Shown one piece after another: positions 11,378 to 22,273 of a stretch of DNA of 25,035 bases. The notes beneath the pieces were generated by a model, which worked only from the letters and a program-made list of their open reading frames with translations, was not told where the DNA came from and searched no databases. The DNA is taken from the NCBI GenBank assembly GCA_026026165.1, contig JAPEUD010000096.1, forward strand, positions 62,001 to 87,035, read 5' to 3'. The position numbers and the translations under genes are program-made. Source of the DNA: Sarea resinae (lineage: Eukaryota). Within the stretch, counting starts at the first letter, position 1. The number at the start of each line of letters is the position of its first letter.

Positions 11378-12843
11378 TCATTGATCGCCGTCATCTCGTA
11401 CGGTGTCGACTTCATCCGCCGCCACAGGGAAACTCAGATACTTCCAATCCTCAATCTAGATCGAGACACAAGTCAGTCACCGAACACAGACTAGATCACC
11501 CCATCAAGCCACATGGATTGCACCTCTTCGATAATAGACCGCAGGCGATCTCTGATACTCTCAACGGCAAAGCTGCCCAAAAGCAAACGAAGTGGGGGAT
11601 AAGAGCAATGCCCGAGCTACAGCCTTACGTGTCAGTCGTACTGGACGTCGACAAGAATTGCAATTCTCATGTGAAAGACTGATCTGACCTGCCATACTAA
11701 CTCGGCGCTTTTCACCGCACTGGTCGGCTCCGTCTCGCGGATCCATTGCACCATGCGCTTCGCATGACCTGCCGGTGAGGTCCGCCTTGAATACGGCTCC
11801 GAGGCTGGTTTCACAAAGAAGTGATTGAAGGGATTGATCTCCTGATTTGGCCTGCGCATCCACGTCATCAGCGATGTGATATCCGTGCAAGCCAACGCTA
11901 CACATACTCATCTCTGCGAACATGACCCGGCTCTACAAGGGTGGCTTTGATACCAAAGGCGTCTATCTCGTAGAGCATGCTCTCTATAAGACCTTCAACA
12001 GCGTATTTGGTGGCGCAATAGGCTGGTCAATATGTGATCAGCAAGGATATCTGGCATGACTGAAAAAGGGGTGGACAAACGGCCAAGTCCTGGGACACCC
12101 AATGCGCCGGACGTGGAGCTGAAGATGAGATAGCGACCGCCAGCCTGCTCGCGGAAGTAGGGTAGGGAAAGCTGAATGATATTGAGGACACCCATGAAGT
12201 TGGTCTCGAATTGATTCCGGATCTCATACTCGTCCTGGTCCTCACATGCGCCGATGACACCTAGGGACGTCAAACGTCAGCTCGCAACAAGAGCAATGAG
12301 TATAACTAGCAGCGGCTCGCACCATATCCGGAGCAACTGATTCACAATTAGCATGAAGCACTTCGACCTTCCCAACGGGAATCAGTATCAGGATCAGGGT
12401 CAATGGCTAGCATACTTCACAATCACATCAATCCTCCCCAAATGGTTGATGGTCTTCTGAATGACATCCTGCACCGTCTCACGAATCCGCACATCGCACA
12501 GGAGGCCCAAACACTGCGGATGCCAGTCCTGCATCGTCTGGATCGAGTCTACAAAGGTCTGGCCTACTGCGCTGACCTTATCGCCATGCGACAGCACAGC
12601 CCGGACAAGGGACCGGCCCATATGTCCTGTGGCTCCAAAGACCTGTTCACGATGCCATCAAGCCATCAGCAGCCTAATCCCCACGTAGCCAGCTGACAGA
12701 GCCAAGAGCGAGACTTTGAGACTTACGATCCACACCAATGGCTTCGCCGGATTCTGCGGTCCTGGCGGGTCACATGCGGGAGGCAGTTGGAGCCTTGGAC
12801 GAGGCGTTGCCAGTGATGGCGATTCACTCGCTCGATTCTCCAT
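11378..12843 (-). CDS. Short-chain dehydrogenase/reductase (SDR), 8 exons
   Basis: Exons 12843-12727, 12642-12416, 12336-12323, 12260-12081, 12022-11908, 11851-11689, 11616-11524, 11455-11378. Motifs: Rossmann VFGATGHMG, IDVIVNCSGYG, FETNFMG, SSTSG, catalytic YCATK (YxxxK), VEPG, PPLRLLLG. Confidence 0.92.
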
Positions 12844-13372
12844 TTTCTTTTCCCTGTGTGCCTTCCGCCTTGGCCATTGATATACGAGCAGGAGCGACGA
12901 GGAGGGCGAGCGTCTTATCTATATAATTCGTCGCAAGGTCCACGAACTTGGCAATGGATGATTCGAATTCTCGAAAGTATTCGTGACGTTCGCCAAGTTG
13001 AGATCGCGGAGGATACAAGCTCGGACTTCGGAGTTACGTGCGCTGCTCTAGGTACATCTGGCGGACTAGGTAGGTCTACCGCAGTAGCTCCAGATCCGAT
13101 TTCATACCCGCCATGCAAGGACATACTGAGGAACTGATACAGCTGGATTCATTTTTTGATGTATCTATTATTTATTTACCTCATTCAACTATCTTTGTAG
13201 TCGATGCCAGATGAAATATGGCTACCGTATAATCTGGATGCAGAAGCTCTTTTGCTATGATGCTACCTCCGAGAACGCCAGAAGATCCGAGTTGGGATAC
13301 CACCCGCAGGCCATTGGACAAATTGAACGCAAAATTGAGTAAGGGAAGGGTAAAAAGAATGGTACGCTCTTC

Positions 13373-15028
13373 TTATATCACAAGCATCAGACCAACGCCT
13401 GCGAGACCAAGCACTGCACCAAGGGGCACATTCTTGGGGGCCGCTGCGCTCTTGCTGGAGCCAGTAGTGGTAGCAGTAGAGGTAGCGACCGCGGTACCAC
13501 TGCCGCCAATAATTCCAGTACCACTGGGGGCACCGATTCGTGCACCGCCGGTCTGAGCGGCCACACTTGTGACAGGATTGGCAACGACGTGAGCATCCGG
13601 GATGGTAGTATTCGTAATTTCCAAGATATTATCAGTAGTCGAGTTGAAGTTTGTCTGCGCCAAAGAGATCTCATTTCTCGAGAGGTCGTAGACGACGTAT
13701 GCACTTCGAATGAAGGTGTCTCCCAAGACACTGGTACTATCGCCAGCAGGACCGATTCCAAAGATACACGCAGGAGTGCCATCCTTGAAGGTGACTGTGC
13801 TGCCATCAGGGTTGGTACCTGGATTGATCACCAGCTCGTTCATGGATACCGAAATCGTGGGTGAGGAAAATGTAAAGTCGAGAGTGGTATCATTGTTGGC
13901 CAAGGAACAAGGAACGAAGGCCGCTTCCTCTTGCGAATCGTATTGAGCACCAAAGGCGTCGAAAATCGATTCAGCAATGTCGTCGGGAAGGTAGGTCAGA
14001 CTGCTCCCTGAATCTAGGAGGACAGCTGCGGCGGTGTTGCTCGAAGTGAGCGACGTATTCTTTCCACCACTCGTGTATCCCACCCCGGTCAAGGTAATGA
14101 TGAATTCCGCGTAGACGCCATCTTCACTGAGGATAGGAAGAGTCTCGAGGTCTCCGTGAAATTTATCCGAATTCACGCCGCCAAAAAGGATAGCTCCCTC
14201 AGAAGCCTGAAGATCGTTGAGCCAGAGACTGTAAGCATTCGATTGGATGATGCCCTTCTCCATCATGAGTTGTGGCACGTTCGGATATGCTGATTTGTTG
14301 TTCCTGTTGACCTGGATCTCATTCACAGTGTAGCCGATTCCAATGATACCCTCTGAAAAACATCAGCATCCTGTGTTTCATTGAATGGAGGAGCACCAAC
14401 CTTCGGAGCTTGACGTATATCCAATACCAAATTGGAGATCCGTCAAGTCTTTGCCACCAATGCGGAGCGTGTCAGTGGCGTAATCACCTACAGCGCCAGA
14501 ACCATCCACGTAGGAGATATTGAAGTCGCTAGATACATATTTGTAGGTGCTAGATGAGTTTGCGCTGTCTTTTTCACAATCAGCATCACATTCGGTGATG
14601 TAGGTATGCTAGGATACTTACAGGATCCAGAGGCCGAGCATGGGTCGCTCTTCATCTTGCACAGCTTTGACTTGGCAGAATTCGTCCACAGGTCACTACT
14701 ACCCGTGTCGATGTGTAGTCTCAGGTTTTGAGCTGGAGTACCCAAGGAGACGTTGGCGAAGTAAAGAGTTTCCTATGCAAATCAGTGGCCAGCTCCGATA
14801 CGATTGTACAGAACAAATCTCCCGCACCTCATTGTCCAGAGTCTGCGAAACGGTCGTTGACGTCGCTCTCCGTCGTATTCGGTCCCGTGCAAGAGGACTG
14901 GAAACCTTTCTTCGTTGAATATCAAAACCGACAACGGCTGGGGGTCCGTCTCGCTGGACCAGCTGGATGGCCCCGGAACCCGCCACGAACAGGCCGGCAG
15001 CCACGGCCAAAGTCGAAATGCCCTTCAT
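13373..15028 (-). CDS. opsB: Secreted, probably GPI-anchored aspartic endopeptidase (OpsB/yapsin-like, peptidase A1), 4 exons
   Basis: Exons 15028-14828, 14772-14622, 14568-14401, 14352-13373. Signal peptide, propeptide ending RRR, catalytic IDTGSSDLW and LDSGSSLTYLP, LGDTFIRSAYVVYDL, Ser/Thr stalk and hydrophobic C-terminal tail. Confidence 0.93.
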
Positions 15029-17085
15029 TTCCGAAGGTCGACGGTAATGATCGATGACTATGCAGTAACAAATAAAATGGAAAGGGAAAAAGGGAAAGGT
15101 GGATAGGCCTCCTCTGGAAATGGAGAAGGTTGAGGTGCAAGATGAGAATCAATTCAAGTAGGTGGCTGAAAGAGAGGATGGGTCAGGGATGTTCTTCTGA
15201 CCTGTATTGGGAGAAGTGTGTCCGTACGGGGCTTTAATAAGATGATGCTTGGTGCAGTGAATTGTTGCGCAGCAGTACTGGGAGTACCTGTACTGAAGTA
15301 GATGACGCGGACTACGATAGTACTCCATAGTAGGTATGATTCTAGGTGTGATCCCCCTCACTTGATTGGCGCACGGCACTACCGGCTTTGAGTATTCCGG
15401 CTACCTTGCCTGGACGGAAGACTCCGTAGCCCTCGGAGTTCCTGGACTACGAACCTAAGACGACGCCACCATCTGGAAACACGGGCTAGGAGCACTTCAG
15501 TAGGTGTCACTCACTACATAGTAGTAAGAGACTACGGTTGGGCCGCTGAGAGGCTGTGCTCGTGCTGGATGTCGATGATCTGTTACCTTCCATCGATCGG
15601 TGACGCAGTACTCCCCCGTCCTCCAAGTTTCAGACGATTGCCCACCTGGGAGGGGAGGCTGAGCAAAGACGAGTGACGGGACTCGTCAGGGATGGCGGGC
15701 GTATCAAGGAATGGCAGGGCGATGGATGGATGGCATAGTGGTCACCACAAATCATTGCCGGAGCAATGGGAGCAAGCCGAACAATGAGAAACGGACCTCC
15801 GACGAAACCAGCCACATGCGGCGGGCAGAGGCAGCATCGTGGATGGCCAGGCCAAGGCCATTCATGCCTGCAGTCTGAGGTATTGGTACCTTACTGGGTG
15901 AGGCATGGACTGCTCAATGCTCTACTCCGTACTATGTAGTAGAGTGTGGCGCACGAAAGGGTCTTCGCCAGCACTCCGGCGGATCCTCATTACGCGGCCT
16001 CGTCTGTTCTTCTCACGCGCAGGAATTTCACATCGAGGGCTCAGACGCGAAGAGATTCTCAGACGGGCGTCACCCCGCCTCCTCCTCCTCCTTCCCATGA
16101 TCTTATGACCTCTACTCCCCATACATAGTACACCTAGCTCTGACCGAGTACTCGTACTCATCGTAATCCATGGAGCCGGGATCGCGGACGGAGTTAACTA
16201 CGTAGTACTTTACCTGGAGCAGATCTGTCCCCATCTGCGCTAGAGTAGAATACTGAAGGAGCTCGTACCATGTGTCAGCAAGATCCTCTAGTGCCCGGCT
16301 TGGCTTTCCCGGTTATGCGGAGTTACGACTACAGTACACCAAGGTACCTCTGGCTCGCATTCATGCCTCAATGCGATCGAGAAGCATCGTTGATCCAATT
16401 CAGGGGTGCGTGTCGCGGAACTGAATTCTCACATTCATTGTCAAGTTGGTGCCTCGAAGGCGCATACCCTGGAAGCTGGAGCTAAGTAGCTGGAGCTGGG
16501 TGATGACATGCCTCTTGTTTCGATACCAATAGAGAAAAGGCTAATGCGTAATTCACGAATACGACAATTTCTGGGTGACTGGCGGCAATGCCAATGGATG
16601 ACTAGAGATTTTCAGGATAGCGAATGACCTAAATTCAATCACGACCACCAATCGCGCTGATTGAAAAAGCTCAACTCCGTTCTGTTGCACCTTTGCCCCC
16701 GGAACGTCGAAACCTCCCTATCATACATATTGTGTACGGCTCTGACACTCACTACTACTGACTCAAGGAATAGTGCTACCTTACTGATACTGATATTGTG
16801 ATACAAAGCGAGACATTCTTCGTCTCGACACCGGACATATCATCACTACTGAGGTCTTCTGCATCATGGGCAATTTGAAACTCACTCTACCAATCAGTCA
16901 CTCGCCTTGAGGTACTGCATGATCGTGAAACTTCGCTACAACCTGGTCTTATCACCAAAGCACCTCTCAGAACGATCTGATACTATTGTCGTGATCAATG
17001 TCAACGCGAGATCTTCGGTAGCTTACTTAGTTAAGAACCTGTGAGGTACATAGTATGTAATATTGAGAATTACTTTTAACCTAAT

Positions 17086-17197
17086 GCGATGTTAGTTCAG
17101 TGGTAGAATTCGAGCTTCCCATGATATCAGATAGTACTCCATCTGGTTCAGTCAGGGCCGCTTGCTCGAGGCTCGGGTTCGATTCCCGGACATCGCA
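17086..17197 (+). tRNA. tRNA-Gly (anticodon CCC) with ~41-nt intron
   Basis: Acceptor stem GCGATGT/ACATCGC plus discriminator A; D arm GTTCAGTGGTAGAAT; anticodon stem CGAGC/GCTCG with CCC at 17118-17120; intron ~17122-17162 after position 37; T loop GGTTCGATTCC. Confidence 0.93.
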
Positions 17198-17210
17198 TTT
17201 TTTTTCTTTT
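17198..17210 (+). terminator. RNA polymerase III oligo-T terminator
   Basis: TTTTTTTTCTTTT immediately after the tRNA discriminator base. Confidence 0.85.
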
Positions 17211-17511
17211 TCCTTCGCCATTACCCGTAGTAATTAACGCGCAAGGATCATCAAGTTCTGAATGATCGTTGGCTGCCTTTTTTTGTATCTGGAAATGCCT
17301 TGAGAGACTGTTAGATTTGCGTAAAGAACTCATCCGTTTTATGCTTTACGTTAGTAGGTACCTAAGGTAGGTAGGTGACGTCCGTAACACAGGTCCACGG
17401 GTGTCTCTCGACTGTTCCAAGCTTCGAGCCCAAAGCCCCGCGATTTCACCACGCTTCGCCTCACCTTGACTTGCGTATCTCAGGCCAAACAAACGGAGCT
17501 TACGTACGGCC

Positions 17512-18728
17512 ATGGCTTCCAAGATTGCGAAAACAATAGCCAGACAAGAGCAGAAGTGAGTTACTACTACTCCTTTCGTTGTCATCCAGTCTAAGTCGTT
17601 CACAGAATCGCTGAAGGGCAATTCTACGAAGCCCATCAGCAGCTCCGAGTCATCGCTTCCCGCTACGTCAAGCAAGAGAACTGGGATGCCGCGATTGATA
17701 TCTTGTTTGGAGGAGCCCAATCGCTTCTGAAAGCCGGCCAGGGAGGCAGCGGTGGCGATTTGGGTATATTCCTCATCGACGTGTACAACAAGGCAGAGCT
17801 CAAGCCTGATGCTCAAAACAAGGGTAAGGAGTCCTGTGCTTTGGGAACAGTTCATGCGTACGATCAGATGGCTGATGGCACTGCGATAGGAAAACTGTTC
17901 ACTCTGCTGAGAGGGTTTCCGGAGGGCGAACCGACACGGAAGAGATTCATTAGTGACTCAATCGGGTTCGTGAGCACCCTATCTTCAAAGTTCTACATAT
18001 AACTGATGGTTCAAGATGGTCGTCAAAATATGGCGATTTTCCAGCCGGCGACCCCGAGCTACACCACGTCGCTGGAGTTATTTATGCCGAAGGTGAGCTT
18101 TGTTGTCTCATACTACCGCTAGTAATTTTACTTACGACTTTTAGAGCGCGAACCATACGACGCTGAACGACACCTTGTGCTTGGGACTAGAGACTCAGAA
18201 GAGCAACTCGCCCGTCTAGAATACGAATGGTACACTGAAGACGAATCTCACACAGCCGCCATCTACGCTGCCCGCGCCATCTTCCCTTACCTCCTCACGG
18301 GCAACCTCCGCGCCGCCAACAAAGCCCACTTGATATTTACCAGCCGCCTAAGTCAAACCAACCCAAATCTCGGCGTGCAAGAAGTCAGCAGCTCCAGCTC
18401 GGACCTCCGTGTCTATCCCAGCCTACCACTCCTGAACTTCTTGGGACTATTATTATTAGCGATTCAGAGGGGCAGTGCCGATTTGTTCCGTCAGTTGAAG
18501 AGTCATTATGCGGTTTACATCAAGGAGGTCGGGACGTGGGACGAGCCGCTTGAGCAGATTGGAGAGATGTATTTCGGGATCAGGATACCAAGGCAGGGAA
18601 ATCCACTTTTTGATATGATGGGCAGCTTGTTCATGGGTGGCGGAGGAGGATCATCATCAGGGTCGTCGGCCAAGCCAAAAGCCAAAAAGGTCGAGGGACC
18701 AGCTCCGCCAGCAGTAGATCTTGATTGA
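17512..18728 (+). CDS. GET4: Golgi-to-ER traffic protein 4 (GET pathway, DUF410), 5 exons
   Basis: Exons 17512-17555, 17606-17823, 17890-17965, 18016-18092, 18145-18728. Contains IAEGQFYEAHQQLRVIASRY, QGGSGGDL, GDPELHH, AERHLVLGT, PLLNFL, IGEMYFGI and NPLFDMMGSLF. Confidence 0.94.
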
Positions 18729-18943
18729 AGTTGCGCATTTCCTCAAGTGTTCGAATCACATAAAGAAATGTCCAAGCATACAAACAAACCAATAAAACAA
18801 GTGAGCCTGGGGTATATAGATATAGCCTGCGCCAAACACCGTATCGTAGGCAAACATTGATCCCTTGATCAATATAGGCCAAACAAAGTCTCCTACAGCT
18901 TCAGCACATTTATGCAAAAGACCGATTTTCCCAGACTCTTCTC

Positions 18944-19721
18944 TTACGTCCTTGGTTCAACTCCATCATCCCCTTCAAACATCCAATCATCATCATCTAG
19001 ACTCGCCACCTGTTCACGAAGACTTGCCTGCACGAGCGCCAATAACTCTGTCAGATCGAATCACAAACAAGTCAGCAGACGTGCCCGATGCCGTAAATAC
19101 TCTCCAAGGAGACCCCTTGCAATAGACGTACCGGCTGGTTCGTGCAATGACTGCCTACTCCGATTCCTGTAGAGCTCAATAAGCCGTGCGGGGATTTCTG
19201 TTTGCAGTAACGAAAAGTCAGCGCTGCTAGCCGGGCCTGGTGAAATCCACCGCACTACATGGGAATCTAAACAACCTACTTCCTTTTGGCCCTCTCTCGT
19301 CCTCTTCCTCTTCTGCCTCCTCTCCCCCCGCTGCACCTCCAGCTGTGTCAACACCACCCAAGCCCACGAGCACAGGCACCTCGAGCTCATACTCCCCATT
19401 GCGGTCGCGACTAACGATATCAGAGCTTCCATCCTCATTGTCTGTTTCTACGACGGTGGCAGCCCGAGATCCCGCCCGAGATCCTGCTCGAGCTGTTGCA
19501 CGCGACGAGGTCAGTGTTGCGGAGCTCGAAGTCACATTGGTGGCAGTGGTCGAAGTGGTAGATGGAGCGTGTGACGGCGGGCGGCGGGAGAGGTGGTGCG
19601 TAAAGAGGTTGCGGCGGACTGAGCTACTGCTCGTGCTGGCCGTGTTGTTACTTGAGGATGTGGTTTGTGCGGCATGGCGGGACGGATGGGAAGGGTGCGT
19701 GGGTTGGGAGCGTGTAGGCAT
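18944..19721 (-). CDS. Uncharacterised 203-aa protein, 3 exons; candidate Apc14/APC16-like APC/C subunit
   Basis: Exons 19721-19280, 19197-19132, 19047-18944 join in phase; donors GTAGGT and GTACGT, both branch sites GCTGAC, CAG acceptors. N-terminal VRRNLF, central DIVSRDRNGEYELEVP, C-terminal ELLALVQASLREQVASLDDDDWMFE. Confidence refers to the gene model, not the function. Confidence 0.8.
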
Positions 19722-20195
19722 TGCGGTGTCTGTTTACTGAGAGGGCCGAGGTGGTAATCGCGACGAGATTTCCCGTCTTGATGTCCGCTGGACTGGTCTG
19801 GTATGGTGATTGATGGTGTTTTGTGTTTTGGGTAAGATATATGTTTGTATCTCTCTCGCGCGAAGATGCGATGGTGGGGGAGCTCTGGAGCTGGAGGTGC
19901 GAGGGATCGTCTAGGTCTAGACTAGTGCCCGCGCGCCGCAGCGTTGACAGTTGACGCCGTGGTGCAGCTCTTCTGCTCTCCACTGCTCTGTCTACCAATT
20001 TCCGACGCGTGAAGGCATATATATCTCTCGTACTTCTCTGTCAGATCTCACTTTGCTCCAGTCCAAGTTTCCGCAATCCTCAGTCCCATTTTTCTTATGG
20101 CAGGTCACTGTGCCAGAGCTTGAAGCGATCGCATTCAGAATCGCATTTCCAGAGCAGAGAATCCCCCATCAAGCGCATGCGAAGAATAGGATAAC

Positions 20196-22273
20196 ATGAG
20201 CGAATTTCCCATCTCCCCGATTGATCGCTTTGCTGGCTCCAGCGCCGCAATTCGTCGTCCAAAGGTCTCCTTTCTTTTCCTATCCGTTCCACCATTGCAT
20301 CTTCAACCCTGTCCCGACATCCAACACTCACCCTGCTAATACCTCTGATAGGAGATAACGTCCTTCTCCTATGATGACACCCATACGCTGCACCATGATG
20401 ACCGCTCCTTACGATATTACTACCCCCCAACGCTCCCCGCAGACCTTTCCCGCGGATTCGAGACATTCGAAAAGTTGGACGAGGAGGCGGATTTACATCT
20501 AGAGGGACTGTTAGGGGCGGTGGAGCGATGGGAACGGGAAAGAGCACGAGAGGCCGAGGCGGCAGAAGGTAATGGGACGGGACCTGCCCCTGGAGAAGTA
20601 GATTTTGTTACTTGGCGGGGTATGATGACAAAGGTGCGTTTCTTCTCTTAGTATTGTCTCAGGGTTCGGGCTTGGACTGGGGAATATTCATTTTATACGA
20701 ATCTTGGGCCAGTCAAAGGGTTCGGCAAAAAGAGGTGGCCGATGCCAGGAGGACCCATGGCTAACGGGGTCATGAGATAACAGATCATGGCTACGCCTTT
20801 CGACGATTTTAACAGGTATGTGCCATACCTGTGCTGAGATGCAGAGGCCTTGCAGCCAAACCCTTCTCCTTCATTAAATCTTCTCTCCCTTTACCAAGGG
20901 TTGAATACTAATTGCAAGCACTTTTCCTTAGCTATGAGATGAACGCAACGTTATTTCAAGTGCGCCATACCCATCCTTTACCCCTATCCAGCGCATCGAC
21001 GCTTATCTCACGCGCGGAGCATATATGGATTGCAGCATGGTTGATGGCTAATTGTAATGTTGGATTGTGAAGGGCACGATGTATGCACTACCCCGCCTTC
21101 CTACTCTTCTGGTTGCTGTCGTCCATCATATCTGAGTCTGCATCCTGTGTTAAGATCATCAACTCACGCACAATAGCTTCATAGAAGAAAACCACGGCTA
21201 CAAACTCACACAACAAAACCGTCAGCGACGCCAGCCACCTCCCAGACATGGCGGGCCTTCGCAGGACCTGATGAGCTATTGGGGTTAGTTCCTGTTAATA
21301 CTAAATCCTTCCATCCCTTTAGCCAATTTTTCCTCTCCGGAATGTAACAAAGCAAGTAAACTGATCGCTTCCCGTTATTCTCTTTGTGGTGTGCACAGGC
21401 TATAAGTTCGAGACTCTCTCACTCCTCCCTGACCAATGGGATGCAACATCCCGCGAGTACATCGAAGGGCGCGAAGACGAGATTGTCAACAATTACGCGC
21501 AGTATTGCTCAGTGGTGAAGACAGGCATTGGGGGAGCTAAGATGATTCTCGGCGGCGAAGTCGACGCCGGTAATTCCTCTCTTCTCTTACCTTTCTCAGG
21601 CCCCAACCTCGAAAGCCGCAATTTCTCAGCACATTTCCGCTACCCGTCTATGTCTCTTTACTCACTATTATCTTCAGTCTGGGATGCCAAGCCCTTCCCC
21701 GCAACGGACCAGCCCATCAACTGGGTGGAGCTCAAAACAGCCGCCGAGATCCGCTCGGACAAGGACATGCTCAAATTCGAGCGCAAACTGCTCAAATTCT
21801 GGATTCAGTCCTTCCTGCTGGGCGTTCCCAAGATTGTGGTCGGCTTCCGCACGCCGGACGGCATACTGACGCGGCTTGAGGAGCTGGAAACGAAAAGCTT
21901 ACCGGGCAATGTGAAGAGGATGGGGAGGGGTAGCTGGGATGGCAATCTGTGCATCAATTTTGCCGCGGCTTTTTTGGAGTGTGAGTCTGCCTTGAGCGTT
22001 GACAGTTGATTATCTCTTCGTCGACATCATCTTCCTCGGTCGGTTCGACTAGATCAACGGTACTAACTACGATATCTAGTCCTCAAAAATACCATTACGA
22101 CCGAGGGTGGGGTATATCGTATTCGCCACCGAGAAAGAAATTCCGTGGTCGAGGTCTTCAAGGTCGAAGAGACCGGACACGGCAATATCCTAACGCCGGA
22201 ATTTGTGCGGTGGCGCGAGGAGCTGGCCGGGAAACACAGAGCTAAGACTACTACCGCGGCCGAGAGCACCTAA
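20196..22273 (+). CDS. RAI1: Decapping nuclease / Rat1-interacting protein Rai1 (DXO family), 9 exons
   Basis: Exons 20196-20264, 20352-20633, 20784-20815, 20932-20959, 21073-21080, 21177-21283, 21399-21569, 21678-21980, 22080-22273. Motifs: RPKEITSFSYD, FVTWRGMMTKIM, YWGYKFE, GGEVDA, WVELKT, KFWIQSFLLGVPKIVVGFR. Confidence 0.94.

Noticed and set aside
16500..17080. Possible C/D snoRNA (GTGATGA...CTGA) or solo LTR upstream of the tRNA
   Set aside because: I found no terminal stem, rRNA-complementary guide, TG...CA boundaries or target-site duplication. An Infernal/Rfam and repeat-library scan would settle it.
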